DNA of 62,303 nucleotides, filler included, from 5 parts of 5 records of this genome joined end to end with filler, not necessarily neighbours in it, one strand, 5' to 3'; positions 43,131 to 52,363 are shown, counted from the first letter of the whole stretch. Program-made: numbers and translations. The notes: generated from the letters alone by a model not told the origin.

Positions 43131-43459
43131 GAAAGTTACACCTCAACAAAACAGAGCATAAAATATTAAGTATGGCTTTACAAAATGATGACAGAGTACA
43201 AAATCATTACTCAAAAGAAGTTTTCAATTGTCATTATCTATCAGATTATGTTTCAAAATTACGGACTAAGTTAGCCAGTCATTTAAAAGCTGATGGCTTT
43301 GAAATTATTAAAACTGAAACACATCAGGTTATAAAAGCTGATGGCAGTAAAGCAAGTATAGGAATATACAGAATAAACAAAAGATACTATTCTAAAATAG
43401 AAGAAATAATAAAATTAAATCACAAACAAAACCCGACAAAAACGGCAGATACAAAGTGA
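43127..43459 (+). CDS. Hypothetical, possible winged-HTH protein
   Basis: ATGA overlap, GAGG RBS; 'LSDYVSKLR...G.EI.T.......G.Y.I' pattern. Confidence 0.5.
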   Translation: MRKLHLNKTEHKILSMALQNDDRVQNHYSKEVFNCHYLSDYVSKLRTKLASHLKADGFEIIKTETHQVIKADGSKASIGIYRINKRYYSKIEEIIKLNHKQNPTKTADTK

Positions 43460-43584
43460 TTATTTGTGATGGTATAAAAGCAACTCAAAGAGCCTTTATA
43501 TAAGGCTTTGAGAGTGATACAAAAACGGTAAGTTAGTATCATTTCCTTAATGTATAGTTAATAGTAGCATTATAACACTAAGAA

Positions 43585-44415
43585 ATAATCATTTTTCTTA
43601 ATAGTGTAGGAATAGATACACTCCGTTTTATTATACCATCTTCAACACTTGAAAAGTTTGTGATTAAACATAATTTAGAAATAGAAAAAGAGTGTGAGAA
43701 TTACATCATCAATAATTTCATTGATAGAAACGAGATTAAAAGAAATAGTGATTATGAAATCAAGTTCATTAAAATATCTAATGTTAAAAATGTAAGTGCA
43801 TACATACTAATTAAAACTAATTATGAAAGTGTTGGCACTTCGAAGAGTAGGAAGAAAAGAAAAAACTTTTATAGTGAAATTATATTCACTGGACTTAGAC
43901 AGCCTACAAAAAATATAAGTATCGATACCTATAAAATATTATGCTTATTCATTAATAGATTTAAAATTAATGATATGGATATTTGTTTTGATGGAGAGAA
44001 TGAAACAGAAATCAATGAGAGTAATATCAATCGTTTTTACTATCTATTTCAAGAGTATATTAATAGTTTTAGTGATAGAAGTATTTTCAAAACATCATTT
44101 TATATAAATACTCCAAGAAGTGTTGCTAGTGATACAGATGTATTTAAAAAAATACTTGTGTATGATAAATACATAAAAGAGAGTAAACATAAAAAGTTAG
44201 ATGATACATTGAAGAACTGGAAAAGATTGGAAGTTACTATCAATGTTAAATTTAAATATAAAGGCTTTAACCTTGATGACTATTTATCAGATATTGAAAT
44301 AATGGCAAAAAGATTTTTTAACAGTTCAAGTTTTAGTTATGAGTATTTACAGCTACAAAACACTCTTTTAACAGATAGAAGAACGCATAAGAGCTATGGA
44401 ATACTTAGAGGGTAA
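43585..44415 (+). CDS. Rolling-circle replication initiator-like protein (Rep_trans/CRI type); start uncertain
   Basis: 'GIDTLRF' in frame upstream of the GTG call, 'DICFD', 'VYDK..E', 'WKRLEV'. Confidence 0.6.
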   Translation: MIIFLNSVGIDTLRFIIPSSTLEKFVIKHNLEIEKECENYIINNFIDRNEIKRNSDYEIKFIKISNVKNVSAYILIKTNYESVGTSKSRKKRKNFYSEIIFTGLRQPTKNISIDTYKILCLFINRFKINDMDICFDGENETEINESNINRFYYLFQEYINSFSDRSIFKTSFYINTPRSVASDTDVFKKILVYDKYIKESKHKKLDDTLKNWKRLEVTINVKFKYKGFNLDDYLSDIEIMAKRFFNSSSFSYEYLQLQNTLLTDRRTHKSYGILRG

Positions 44416-44417
44416 CT

Positions 44418-44693
44418 TCACCCTTTGAGTATATCTTTTGTTTCAATACCTACAAAGAATTCATTAATATCTACATTTAAAGCAATAGCAATTTTATATA
44501 AATGTTCAAGATTAAAATGTTTACCTTCTGCTAATATTTCAGCCTTACCAAAAAAAGTTGCAGATGTGTGTCCAATAGATGTTGCAAGGTTAAGTTGTGA
44601 TATACCTTTTTCTTTTCTAACTCTTATAATATTATTACTTATCTTTGTGTAGAATTGTTGCATATCATTAGTATTTATATCTATTGTTTCCAT
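44418..44693 (-). CDS. XRE family HTH regulator
   Basis: 'RKEKGISQLNLA..IG', 'HLYKIAIALNVDI.EFF'. Confidence 0.82.
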   Translation of the reverse strand: METIDINTNDMQQFYTKISNNIIRVRKEKGISQLNLATSIGHTSATFFGKAEILAEGKHFNLEHLYKIAIALNVDINEFFVGIETKDILKG

Positions 44694-44770
44694 TGACACC
44701 CTATCGGTTTATTTAGGCTTCAATTATAATCATGTATGATATGTAAAACAACACTCTATAAGGTGGTATT

Positions 44771-45538
44771 ATGAAGTTATTAAAATGTGCAGATTGTGGT
44801 AAAGAAATATCAATTACAGCAGATAAGTGTCCTAATTGTGGAAGTGAAAAGCAGTTCAAAGGTTATATTTTTTATAGAAAAGAATTAGCTAAAGAAAAAA
44901 TAACCCCTATGGAAATGATGAGGTTTCAAAAACACGGGGGGAAAATAAAAATTATAAATTGGAAGAAATTGTTTAAATATGGTGGTATTGCTTTTGTTGT
45001 AATGATGGTAGTAGGTACAATAGTAGGAAATCAAAAAGTTAAATATACTAAAGCAGATGGTACAGTCCTTGAGATAACACAATTTGAATTAGATGAAATA
45101 GAAAAAAAGAAAGAACAAGCTAAAGAAAGAGAAGAACTAAAGAAAAAAGAAAAAGAAATATTTGAAGCAATAAAAAAGACTGAAACATTTAGATATGGCT
45201 TAATTGCAAAAGGTTATGAAAGGTTAATGGAAATAAACCCAAGTAATAAAGATTATAAGAAAAATTATGAGTTATTTAAAAAGGTTGATGATACTAAATA
45301 TACTTGCAAAAGATTAGTACAAGAAAGAGATAGAAATAGTACTATTATAAAAGATAGTTTCAAAGTTGTTGCTGGTAAAAAGAATAGGTTAGAAGGATGG
45401 ACTGCTGAACAAAGATTTACTTATATTTATAGTTATAAAGTAAAAAATCCTTTTGGTGTTGAAGTAAGACATAATAGTAGAAATAATTGTTTTTATGATG
45501 ATAACTTTAACTTAATAAATATACAAAAAACAAATTAA
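44771..45538 (+). CDS. Zinc-ribbon, single-TM protein
   Basis: N-terminal 'CADCGKEIS..ADKCPNCG', TM segment, 'KNPFG' near C-terminus. Confidence 0.65.
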   Translation: MKLLKCADCGKEISITADKCPNCGSEKQFKGYIFYRKELAKEKITPMEMMRFQKHGGKIKIINWKKLFKYGGIAFVVMMVVGTIVGNQKVKYTKADGTVLEITQFELDEIEKKKEQAKEREELKKKEKEIFEAIKKTETFRYGLIAKGYERLMEINPSNKDYKKNYELFKKVDDTKYTCKRLVQERDRNSTIIKDSFKVVAGKKNRLEGWTAEQRFTYIYSYKVKNPFGVEVRHNSRNNCFYDDNFNLINIQKTN

Positions 45539-45596
45539 TATAAAATAGCCTAAATTATGGTATAATATAACTAAATTATACTATAAAAGGCTATGA

Positions 45597-45905
45597 ATGA
45601 TAATTGAAATTGAAGAAGAACTATTCAAAAAACTAAAAGAACTAATGAAAAATAGAAGTAAATCTATCTATGAACAATTAGAACAAATAAAGCCACTTGA
45701 TAGTATACCTACAAACTCAATACAGCAAGCAAGAGAGATAAAAACTCAAAGAATTAAACAGTCTATCAAAGAAACAATCAAAAGCCTTTTTAATGCAGAT
45801 ATGAAGCCCACTAAGTACCAAGTACATAAAAAAACTGGTATTGCTTATGTAACTATCAATAAGTATTATGATGATATTCTTGATGAGGTTAAAAAGGTAG
45901 GTTAA
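45597..45905 (+). CDS. Hypothetical HTH-like protein
   Basis: 'PTKYQVHKKTGIAYVTINKYY' HTH-like C-terminus. Confidence 0.55.
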   Translation: MIIEIEEELFKKLKELMKNRSKSIYEQLEQIKPLDSIPTNSIQQAREIKTQRIKQSIKETIKSLFNADMKPTKYQVHKKTGIAYVTINKYYDDILDEVKKVG

Positions 45906-45907
45906 AA

Positions 45908-46369
45908 GTGAGTGATTTAACAGCTAAACAAATATCTTTTTGTGAAAACTACATACTTACAAGAGATGCGAAACAATCATCTCTAAACGCTGGTTATAGT
46001 CAATCGTATTCTAAATCAAAGGCTTATTAACTATTACAAGATGAGAAGATACTACAACATATACAGAAGTTAGAAAAAGAACACAATCAAGAACATTTTA
46101 AAAAGTTATCTATGTTAGCTAATGCAGAACTTGAAACAATCCTATTAAGTAGCGATAATGATAATACAAGATTAAGAGCCATAGAGTTAATTTATAAACT
46201 TAGTGGCGTGATACAAGATGATAAAATCTCTTTAAATGTAAATAATAAAAACCAAGTTCTAACAATAGATGATATTTATAATACAAAAACTTTAGATGAC
46301 TTTTATGAAGTAGAAAATATGAGTGAAAAGGAAATTTCAAAAGCTTATTTGGATATTATTAAAAAGTGA
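45908..46369 (+). pseudogene. terS: Terminase small subunit with in-frame TAA (46028-46030)
   Basis: MSDLTAKQISFCENY...AGYSQSYSKSKAY*LLQDEKI, continuing in frame into ORF 46112..46369. Confidence 0.8.
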
Positions 46370-46427
46370 TATAATAAAATTCTACAAGATAAATTAATTC
46401 CCTTCTCAACTGTATATAAAACTTCTT

Positions 46428-46450
46428 TTGTGGGGTTTGTTGTGGGGTTT
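46428..46450. repeat. Integrase arm-type sites (right)
   Basis: TTGTGGGGTTT x2, reverse complement of the left arm motif. Confidence 0.7.
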
Positions 46451-46639
46451 ATAAAAAATAAAATTATAGAAATTACCTTTTTATAGATATTTAAGTTAGT
46501 TAATCCGAAAGAGGCTACCTCCATTTATAAAATTCTAATAAAAACTTTTTTTTCATAAAATCAAAAAAAATTATATGTGTTAATCTTTCATTAACTGATG
46601 ATTAGATTATTATTAATCTATAGGGGTTATAATTTTCTT

Positions 46640-46748
46640 ATATAAGTTGAAGAGGTCGTGCGAAGCCTTTTCATTTTGTTCAAAAATGCGAATTTTGACA
46701 TTTATTCTCCAAAGATTAAGATAAAGGCTCCTACGGGAGCCTTTTTTT
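46640..46748 (+). ncRNA. Candidate small RNA
   Basis: TATAAT at 46628, two hairpins with TGCGAA in the loops, CATTTATTCTCC tract, strong terminator. Confidence 0.5.
46723..46748 (+). terminator. Intrinsic terminator
   Basis: AAAGGCTCC-tacg-GGAGCCTTTTTTT. Confidence 0.88.
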
Positions 46749-46861
46749 ATGCCTAAAAACTTTTAAATAAAAAATATATTACAAAGCAAGAAATAAAACC
46801 TATTATAGATTACAAATAGTAATTTATTTACAATATGCAATAAATATGATATAATTGTTTC

Positions 46862-47173
46862 ATGAAAAAATCTATTTTTAAACTAGAAAAAATTAGCAAT
46901 ACTCTTTATAACCATCAAACATATTATCAGTTTAATGATAAAGATGTAAATCTAAGTAAAAAATATCGAAAAGGTAGAGTAAATGCTGCAAAATGGTTAA
47001 ATGATTTAATTCTTTATTACATACAAAAAGAGAGTAATTTTATTTTTGAGTTTAAAGAACAGATTCAAAACCAAAAAAAAGAGCTAAATAGTATCAAAGA
47101 TAAAGACTTTAAAGCTGGTATTTATGATGAGCTTAATATTATAGAGGAGATGCTAAATGATAGAAATAATTAG
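46862..47173 (+). CDS. Hypothetical protein
   Basis: 103-aa ORF, TATAAT just upstream (possibly leaderless). Confidence 0.6.
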   Translation: MKKSIFKLEKISNTLYNHQTYYQFNDKDVNLSKKYRKGRVNAAKWLNDLILYYIQKESNFIFEFKEQIQNQKKELNSIKDKDFKAGIYDELNIIEEMLNDRNN

Positions 47174-47279
47174 TTTATTAGTTTTGTTTCTTCTTTTTGT
47201 TTTATGGAAAAATGAAAAAAAATATAATAAAGATAAAACACCTTTTAAGATATTAAATAAAGAGGACTTTACAAAGTAA
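47157..47279 (+). CDS. Small single-TM protein (40 aa)
   Basis: GAGGAG RBS; MIEIISLLVLFLLFVLWKNEKKYNKDKTPFKILNKEDFTK. Confidence 0.5.
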   Translation: MIEIISLLVLFLLFVLWKNEKKYNKDKTPFKILNKEDFTK

Positions 47280-47367
47280 AGAATTATTTTTTTTAATTCA
47301 TTAACTTTTCATTACTTAATCATTAATTCAGAAGCGTTAAGATTTCAAAAATCAAATAAGGAGATTT

Positions 47368-48981
47368 ATGAAATCTTTCTCACAGTATAGGCTTATACTT
47401 TTAGTTTCAATTCTTTTTGCAATACCGTATAATTACACTTTTTATAAAAATGTTTTAGATGTGTATTCTTTTCAAGGTTTAAATATCTTGTATATTTTTT
47501 CTTTGTTTGTTATTTTAGTGTGTGTTAATATTTTTATTTTTTCACTTTTTGCTTCAAAATATACAACTAAACCATTATTGATATTAGTTTTAATGGCATC
47601 TTCTTTTACTGCTTATTTTATGAATAGCTATAATATTGTTATTGATACTGAGATGATAAGAAATACTTTACAAACAAATGTAGATGAGTCAATGGATCTG
47701 TTTACAATGAAACTGCTAGTGTATGTTTTTGTTCTTGGAGTTATTCCTTCATATATTATATATAAAACAAATATAAAATATAAGAGTACAAAAAAAGAGT
47801 TATTATCAAAAATAAAAGCTTTATTTTTATCTTTAGGTATTATTGTAATAATTATTTTTGCATGTAGTAAGTTTTATACATCTTTTTTTAGAGAGCATAA
47901 ACCTTTAAGATACCATGTAAATCCCACATATTGGATATATAGTATTGGAAACTATATAAATAAAACCCTAAATGATGGACCGATAGAATTTAAGATTATT
48001 GGTGATGATGCAAAAGTTTCACAAGAAGACATTGACAGTGGAGAAAAAGAGCTGATTATTATGGTTGTTGGTGAAGCTGCAAGAGCAGATAGATTTTCAC
48101 TTAATGGATATGCTAAAAAAACTAATCCACTTTTAGAAAAAGAAAATATTATTAACTTCCCAAATATGTATTCATGTGGAACTTCAACAGCTGTTTCTGT
48201 TCCATGTATGTTCTCTATATTTTCAAAAGCTGATTATGATTATAAAAAGGGAATTTCAACTGAAAATGTAATTGATGTTTTAAAAGATACAAAAGATATA
48301 AATATTTTATGGAGAGATAATAACTCTGATTCAAAGGGTGTTGCATTAAGAGTAGATTATCAAGATTTTAAAACAGATAAAAACAATACAATTTGTGATG
48401 TTGAGTGTAGAGATGAAGGGATGCTTGTAGGACTTGATAAATATATACAAGAACATAAAGATAAAGATATCTTAATAGTACTTCATCAAATGGGAAATCA
48501 TGGTCCAGCATATTATAAAAGATATCCAAAAGAGTTTGAAAAGTTTACCCCTGTATGTAAAACAAATGAATTAGAAAAATGTACCCAAGAAGAGATTAGC
48601 AACGCCTATGACAATGCAATTTTGTATACAGATTATTTTTTATCAAAGGTTATTAACTTCTTAAAACCATATTCAAAAAACTTTGAAACATCAATGCTTT
48701 ATATGAGTGACCATGGAGAAAGTCTTGGTGAAAATGGAATATATTTACATGGTATGCCATATTTTATGGCACCAGAAGCACAAACTCATATTGGGTCATT
48801 TATTTGGCTTGGAGATGGACTTATTGCTGATGATTATGATGAAAAGAAATTAAGAAGTTATGCAAATAAAGAGTTTACCCAAGATGATTTATTTCATACT
48901 TTATTAGGTTTGTTTGAAGTTGAAAGTAAAGTATACAAAAAAGATATGGATATTTTAAATGACGCAAGAATCGAAGAATAA
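47368..48981 (+). CDS. eptA: Lipid A phosphoethanolamine transferase
   Basis: 5 TM + 'VVGEAARAD', 'SCGTSTAVSVPCMF', 'HQMGNHGP.Y', 'SDHGESLGE.G.YLHG'. Confidence 0.93.
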   Translation: MKSFSQYRLILLVSILFAIPYNYTFYKNVLDVYSFQGLNILYIFSLFVILVCVNIFIFSLFASKYTTKPLLILVLMASSFTAYFMNSYNIVIDTEMIRNTLQTNVDESMDLFTMKLLVYVFVLGVIPSYIIYKTNIKYKSTKKELLSKIKALFLSLGIIVIIIFACSKFYTSFFREHKPLRYHVNPTYWIYSIGNYINKTLNDGPIEFKIIGDDAKVSQEDIDSGEKELIIMVVGEAARADRFSLNGYAKKTNPLLEKENIINFPNMYSCGTSTAVSVPCMFSIFSKADYDYKKGISTENVIDVLKDTKDINILWRDNNSDSKGVALRVDYQDFKTDKNNTICDVECRDEGMLVGLDKYIQEHKDKDILIVLHQMGNHGPAYYKRYPKEFEKFTPVCKTNELEKCTQEEISNAYDNAILYTDYFLSKVINFLKPYSKNFETSMLYMSDHGESLGENGIYLHGMPYFMAPEAQTHIGSFIWLGDGLIADDYDEKKLRSYANKEFTQDDLFHTLLGLFEVESKVYKKDMDILNDARIEE

Positions 48982-49660
48982 ACAGATATTTATAACAGCA
49001 GCTTTGCTGCTGTTTACCTTGGCTATTTTTCAATTTACAGACTTAGATATAAAAGTTCAAGAGTATTTTTATAACTTTAGTACATCCTCTTGGATTTGGA
49101 ATAGAGATGAGCCAATATCTAAACTCATACTTTATACAGGTATGAAAAAAAGTTTGATTATCTTTGCTGTGATTGTATTATTTATTTTAATCATATTTAG
49201 AAAAAAACAATTTGTTCAAGAGTATAAAAAGGGGATGCAGATTATTGTAATCTCAGCTATTATTATACCTATGGTTGTTATCTCATTAAAATCAACTACA
49301 AATACTCCTTGTCCTAAAAATATCAGCCACTTTGGTGGAAATTATCCAGATATTAAGGTTTTTGATTTATATCCAAAAGATTTTAAACAAGAGGGCAAAA
49401 TAAAATGTTGGCCAGCAGGTCATGCAAGTGGTGGATTTGCATTGATGTCTATTTTCTTTTTATTTAAAAAAAGAAAAAACCAATATATTGCACTTTTTGT
49501 TGCTTTTTGTATTGGTTGGATTACTGCTTTATACAAAATGGTTATTGGGGATCATTTTTTAAGTCATACAATTATTACTATGCTTATTGCATGGTTATTA
49601 ATACTTTTAATTTCAAAATTTGTAGAAAGGATAAATGTTGAGAAACCAGCCCAAATATAA
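48959..49660 (+). CDS. PAP2 family protein
   Basis: 'K....PCP', 'CWPAGHAS.GF', 'GDHFLSH'. Confidence 0.85.
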   Translation: MTQESKNKQIFITAALLLFTLAIFQFTDLDIKVQEYFYNFSTSSWIWNRDEPISKLILYTGMKKSLIIFAVIVLFILIIFRKKQFVQEYKKGMQIIVISAIIIPMVVISLKSTTNTPCPKNISHFGGNYPDIKVFDLYPKDFKQEGKIKCWPAGHASGGFALMSIFFLFKKRKNQYIALFVAFCIGWITALYKMVIGDHFLSHTIITMLIAWLLILLISKFVERINVEKPAQI

Positions 49661-49997
49661 CTTTTTTAAAAATACATCATATGCTTTAAAAGGATTATTG
49701 GATTTAGTCAAAACAGAAACTTCATTTAAAGTGGAGTTGATTATAGTGGTTTTACTTTTACCTGTAATATTTTATGTTGATACCTCTTTATCAAATAAAT
49801 TATTGATGTTTATAACTCTATTTGGGATGCTTTTAGCTGAAAGTATAAATAGTGCAATCGAAAGAGTTGTTGATTTAGTTACTTTGGAACATCATCAAAT
49901 GGCAGGACGAGCAAAAGATGTGGGAAGTACTGCTGTGTTTATTAGTATTCTTATTTTTGTAGTCACATGGGGAACTATTATTTATTCACTTTTCTAA
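49635..49997 (+). CDS. dgkA: Diacylglycerol kinase
   Basis: 'E.INSAIERVVD', 'AKDVGSTAV'. Confidence 0.9.
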   Translation: MLRNQPKYNFFKNTSYALKGLLDLVKTETSFKVELIIVVLLLPVIFYVDTSLSNKLLMFITLFGMLLAESINSAIERVVDLVTLEHHQMAGRAKDVGSTAVFISILIFVVTWGTIIYSLF

Positions 49998-50077
49998 TTA
50001 TCTTTTTATTATTTATTGGAAAAAAACTTTAAATAGTGTAAACTTAAAAATTATAAACTTATAAAGAGGATTATCTT

Positions 50078-50401
50078 ATGCTTATGTTTACTGTAGAAAA
50101 ACTTCCAAAAGGGTGTGAAATCAAAGAGATGTTTTCGATGATAGAATACACATCTTCAGTGCAAATCTCTAAAAAAGGGATAGTTGGTAAATTTTTTGAT
50201 AATGAAAAAGATACTTACCAGACAGCAATGGATAATTTTGCAGCATGTGCTCCTGAAAGGGCAAATGCAATAGTTGGAGTACAAGTATCAACAGCAACTC
50301 AAGAGTTTTCAAATGGAATATTTTTATATATAACTTATATTGGAACGCCTGTATTTTTTGAAAAAAAAGAGAAAAAGAATGTAAATCCTGAAAATAGTTA
50401 A
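50078..50401 (+). CDS. Hypothetical protein, YbjQ/heavy-metal-binding-like fold
   Basis: 'ANAIVGV', 'YIGTPV'; GAGGA RBS. Confidence 0.5.
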   Translation: MLMFTVEKLPKGCEIKEMFSMIEYTSSVQISKKGIVGKFFDNEKDTYQTAMDNFAACAPERANAIVGVQVSTATQEFSNGIFLYITYIGTPVFFEKKEKKNVNPENS

Positions 50402-51528
50402 TTCTTGTCAACTATTTGATTTCTTCCATTCTCTTTTGCTATATAAAGTCTTTTATCAACTGTTTTCATAATAGATTCGCAATTATCATTTTCAGAAGGA
50501 ATAAGTGATACTAGCCCCATTGATACAGTCATATATTCTGAAACTTTACTACCTTTACTCTCTATTTGCATATCTTTTATATTTTGTTGAAGTTTATTGG
50601 CAAGCTTTATACATGCATTATCTTTTCCACAGTTATATAAAATAGCAAATTCTTCTCCTCCAACTCTAAAAGCGAAGTCAGCTGGTCTTTTACATGTGTC
50701 TTTTAAACATTGTCCAATTTTTTTTAATACTTCATCTCCATAAGTATGTCCATATACATCGTTTATTTGTTTGAAGTAGTCTATATCAAATAGAATAATT
50801 GATAAATATCGTTTTTCTCTTCTTGCTCTTTTTAGTTCTATTTCAAAAACATTCTCAAAATGTCTTCTATTGTATAAAGATGTTAATTGGTCAGTTATAG
50901 AAAGATTTTGAAGTCTTCTATTCGCTTCTTTTAAAGCCTCTTCAGCCTTGATTCTTGCGTTTCTTTCTCTCATTAGATTTAGAGTTCTTGAAGATACACC
51001 TTCATACATGCTAAGAATAGTTTCAATTAAAATTTTAATTGAACCATTCATTTTTCTATCTGAAACAATTTTAGCTTCTTCTAGGTTTTTACCTTTTTCA
51101 AGCTCTTCTAAAACAATAGCTAGTCTTTTGTCTTCATCAATTATATGAAAAGATAACCATCTAATAAGAAACTTTAAAACATCTTCAACAGCATCGATTA
51201 GCGGTTTATCTTTATTTTTTTCTTTTATCTCTAAAACTTTTGGTAAAAATGAAGAGTGAGTTCCTTTGTGTGCTTTTAACCAGGCATCACTAGATAAATG
51301 TTCTGACCAAATCTTTTCTTCGGCACTAAAGTGATAGTGAGCATATTTTGCAAGTTCTTCAAATGCATTTTCTATTTCTATTTTTTTTTCATAAATTAAT
51401 GTATTAGCAAGATTATTTAACAGTTTAACTAAAACTTTATGTTGCTCGTCAACTTCTTTATGTCCTGTTTCAAAGTTTTCATTCCATGGGAAAACTTCAA
51501 AATAGTCAAGTTGTTGAGGTTTCATCAT
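50398..51528 (-). CDS. Bacteriohemerythrin-GGDEF diguanylate cyclase
   Basis: H, HxxxE, HxxxH, HxxxxD di-iron ligands; RPAD I-site; GGEEF. Confidence 0.9.
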   Translation of the reverse strand: MMKPQQLDYFEVFPWNENFETGHKEVDEQHKVLVKLLNNLANTLIYEKKIEIENAFEELAKYAHYHFSAEEKIWSEHLSSDAWLKAHKGTHSSFLPKVLEIKEKNKDKPLIDAVEDVLKFLIRWLSFHIIDEDKRLAIVLEELEKGKNLEEAKIVSDRKMNGSIKILIETILSMYEGVSSRTLNLMRERNARIKAEEALKEANRRLQNLSITDQLTSLYNRRHFENVFEIELKRARREKRYLSIILFDIDYFKQINDVYGHTYGDEVLKKIGQCLKDTCKRPADFAFRVGGEEFAILYNCGKDNACIKLANKLQQNIKDMQIESKGSKVSEYMTVSMGLVSLIPSENDNCESIMKTVDKRLYIAKENGRNQIVDKN

Positions 51529-51679
51529 AGTCCTAGCCTTAAATTTTTGGAAATAATATCATAAAATAAATTATATTATCTAGAACTTCAGAATTTTTAA
51601 TAAGTTGTTTAATTATTTATATATCTTGAGTAGCCACTTATAGGATAAATAAGAGTTTTATAAAATATTGAATATTTAG

Positions 51680-51714
51680 TATAGGAGATAAATAAAATAT
51701 ATTTATCTCCTATA
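51680..51714 (-). terminator. Probable terminator of the dms operon
   Basis: TATAGGAGATAAATA...TATTTATCTCCTATA inverted repeat. Confidence 0.6.
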
Positions 51715-51716
51715 TT

Positions 51717-52352
51717 TTATGAAGCTTTTCTGAAAATAGGAGCTTGACAGTCTTTAATCATAAATTTTTTTATAAGAATCTTACAGTAATCTTCTATTTG
51801 GAATCCTAAGCCTTTATAAAATGAGCTTTTAGCATTTGTTTGGATATCTTTTGCCCAAACTTTTAGCCAAGATATAAAATGTTTTTCAAGAAAAAATTCT
51901 AAAACCTCTTTAAATCTAGCATCTTTTTCAAGATTAAAAAGTAGACTACTTAAAAACTCAAACTCAATTGCTATATGGTCTGGCGCATCTTCAAAAAGTT
52001 TTTCACTAAAAAAAGAGCAATCTTTATATAATGCTTTTATTTTATCTGACTCTTGAGAATATAACTCTCCTGAAATATCTAAATAAAATGACCCATAAGG
52101 TGGAGCTTTTAAACTCTCTTCATCACAAATAAATAAATCAGTAAAATCTGTAGCTATATCTAAATAATCTTCTTCTTTATGAGAAATTTTCCATAGCTTT
52201 GAAGCTTCATTTGAAGCATTATTATCAGAGTGGATAAACCACTCCAATAAAATGTTGTTTTGTTTTATATCTTTCCATTCAATTTCGTTTGGAGGATTAT
52301 ATAAAAACTTTGAAAATATAGATGCTGCATAAGCTAATATATTGTTATCCAT
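51717..52352 (-). CDS. dmsD: TorD/DmsD family chaperone
   Basis: 'APPYGSFY', 'PDHIAIEFEF', 'FL..H...W'. Confidence 0.85.
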   Translation of the reverse strand: MDNNILAYAASIFSKFLYNPPNEIEWKDIKQNNILLEWFIHSDNNASNEASKLWKISHKEEDYLDIATDFTDLFICDEESLKAPPYGSFYLDISGELYSQESDKIKALYKDCSFFSEKLFEDAPDHIAIEFEFLSSLLFNLEKDARFKEVLEFFLEKHFISWLKVWAKDIQTNAKSSFYKGLGFQIEDYCKILIKKFMIKDCQAPIFRKAS

Positions 52353-52363
52353 AACCTCTTCTC

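Larger units (their letters stand above)
40308..46522 (+). mobile_element. Integrated phage-satellite (PICI-like) element at tRNA-Cys
   Basis: GGCTACCTCC at tRNA 3' end (40308-40317) repeated at 46513-46522; ACCCCACAA arm repeats at both ends; integrase, AlpA, Rep and terS genes. Confidence 0.8.

Noticed and set aside
47368-48981. Mobile mcr gene
   Set aside because: Outside the attR boundary, no IS flanks, composition matches the host contig
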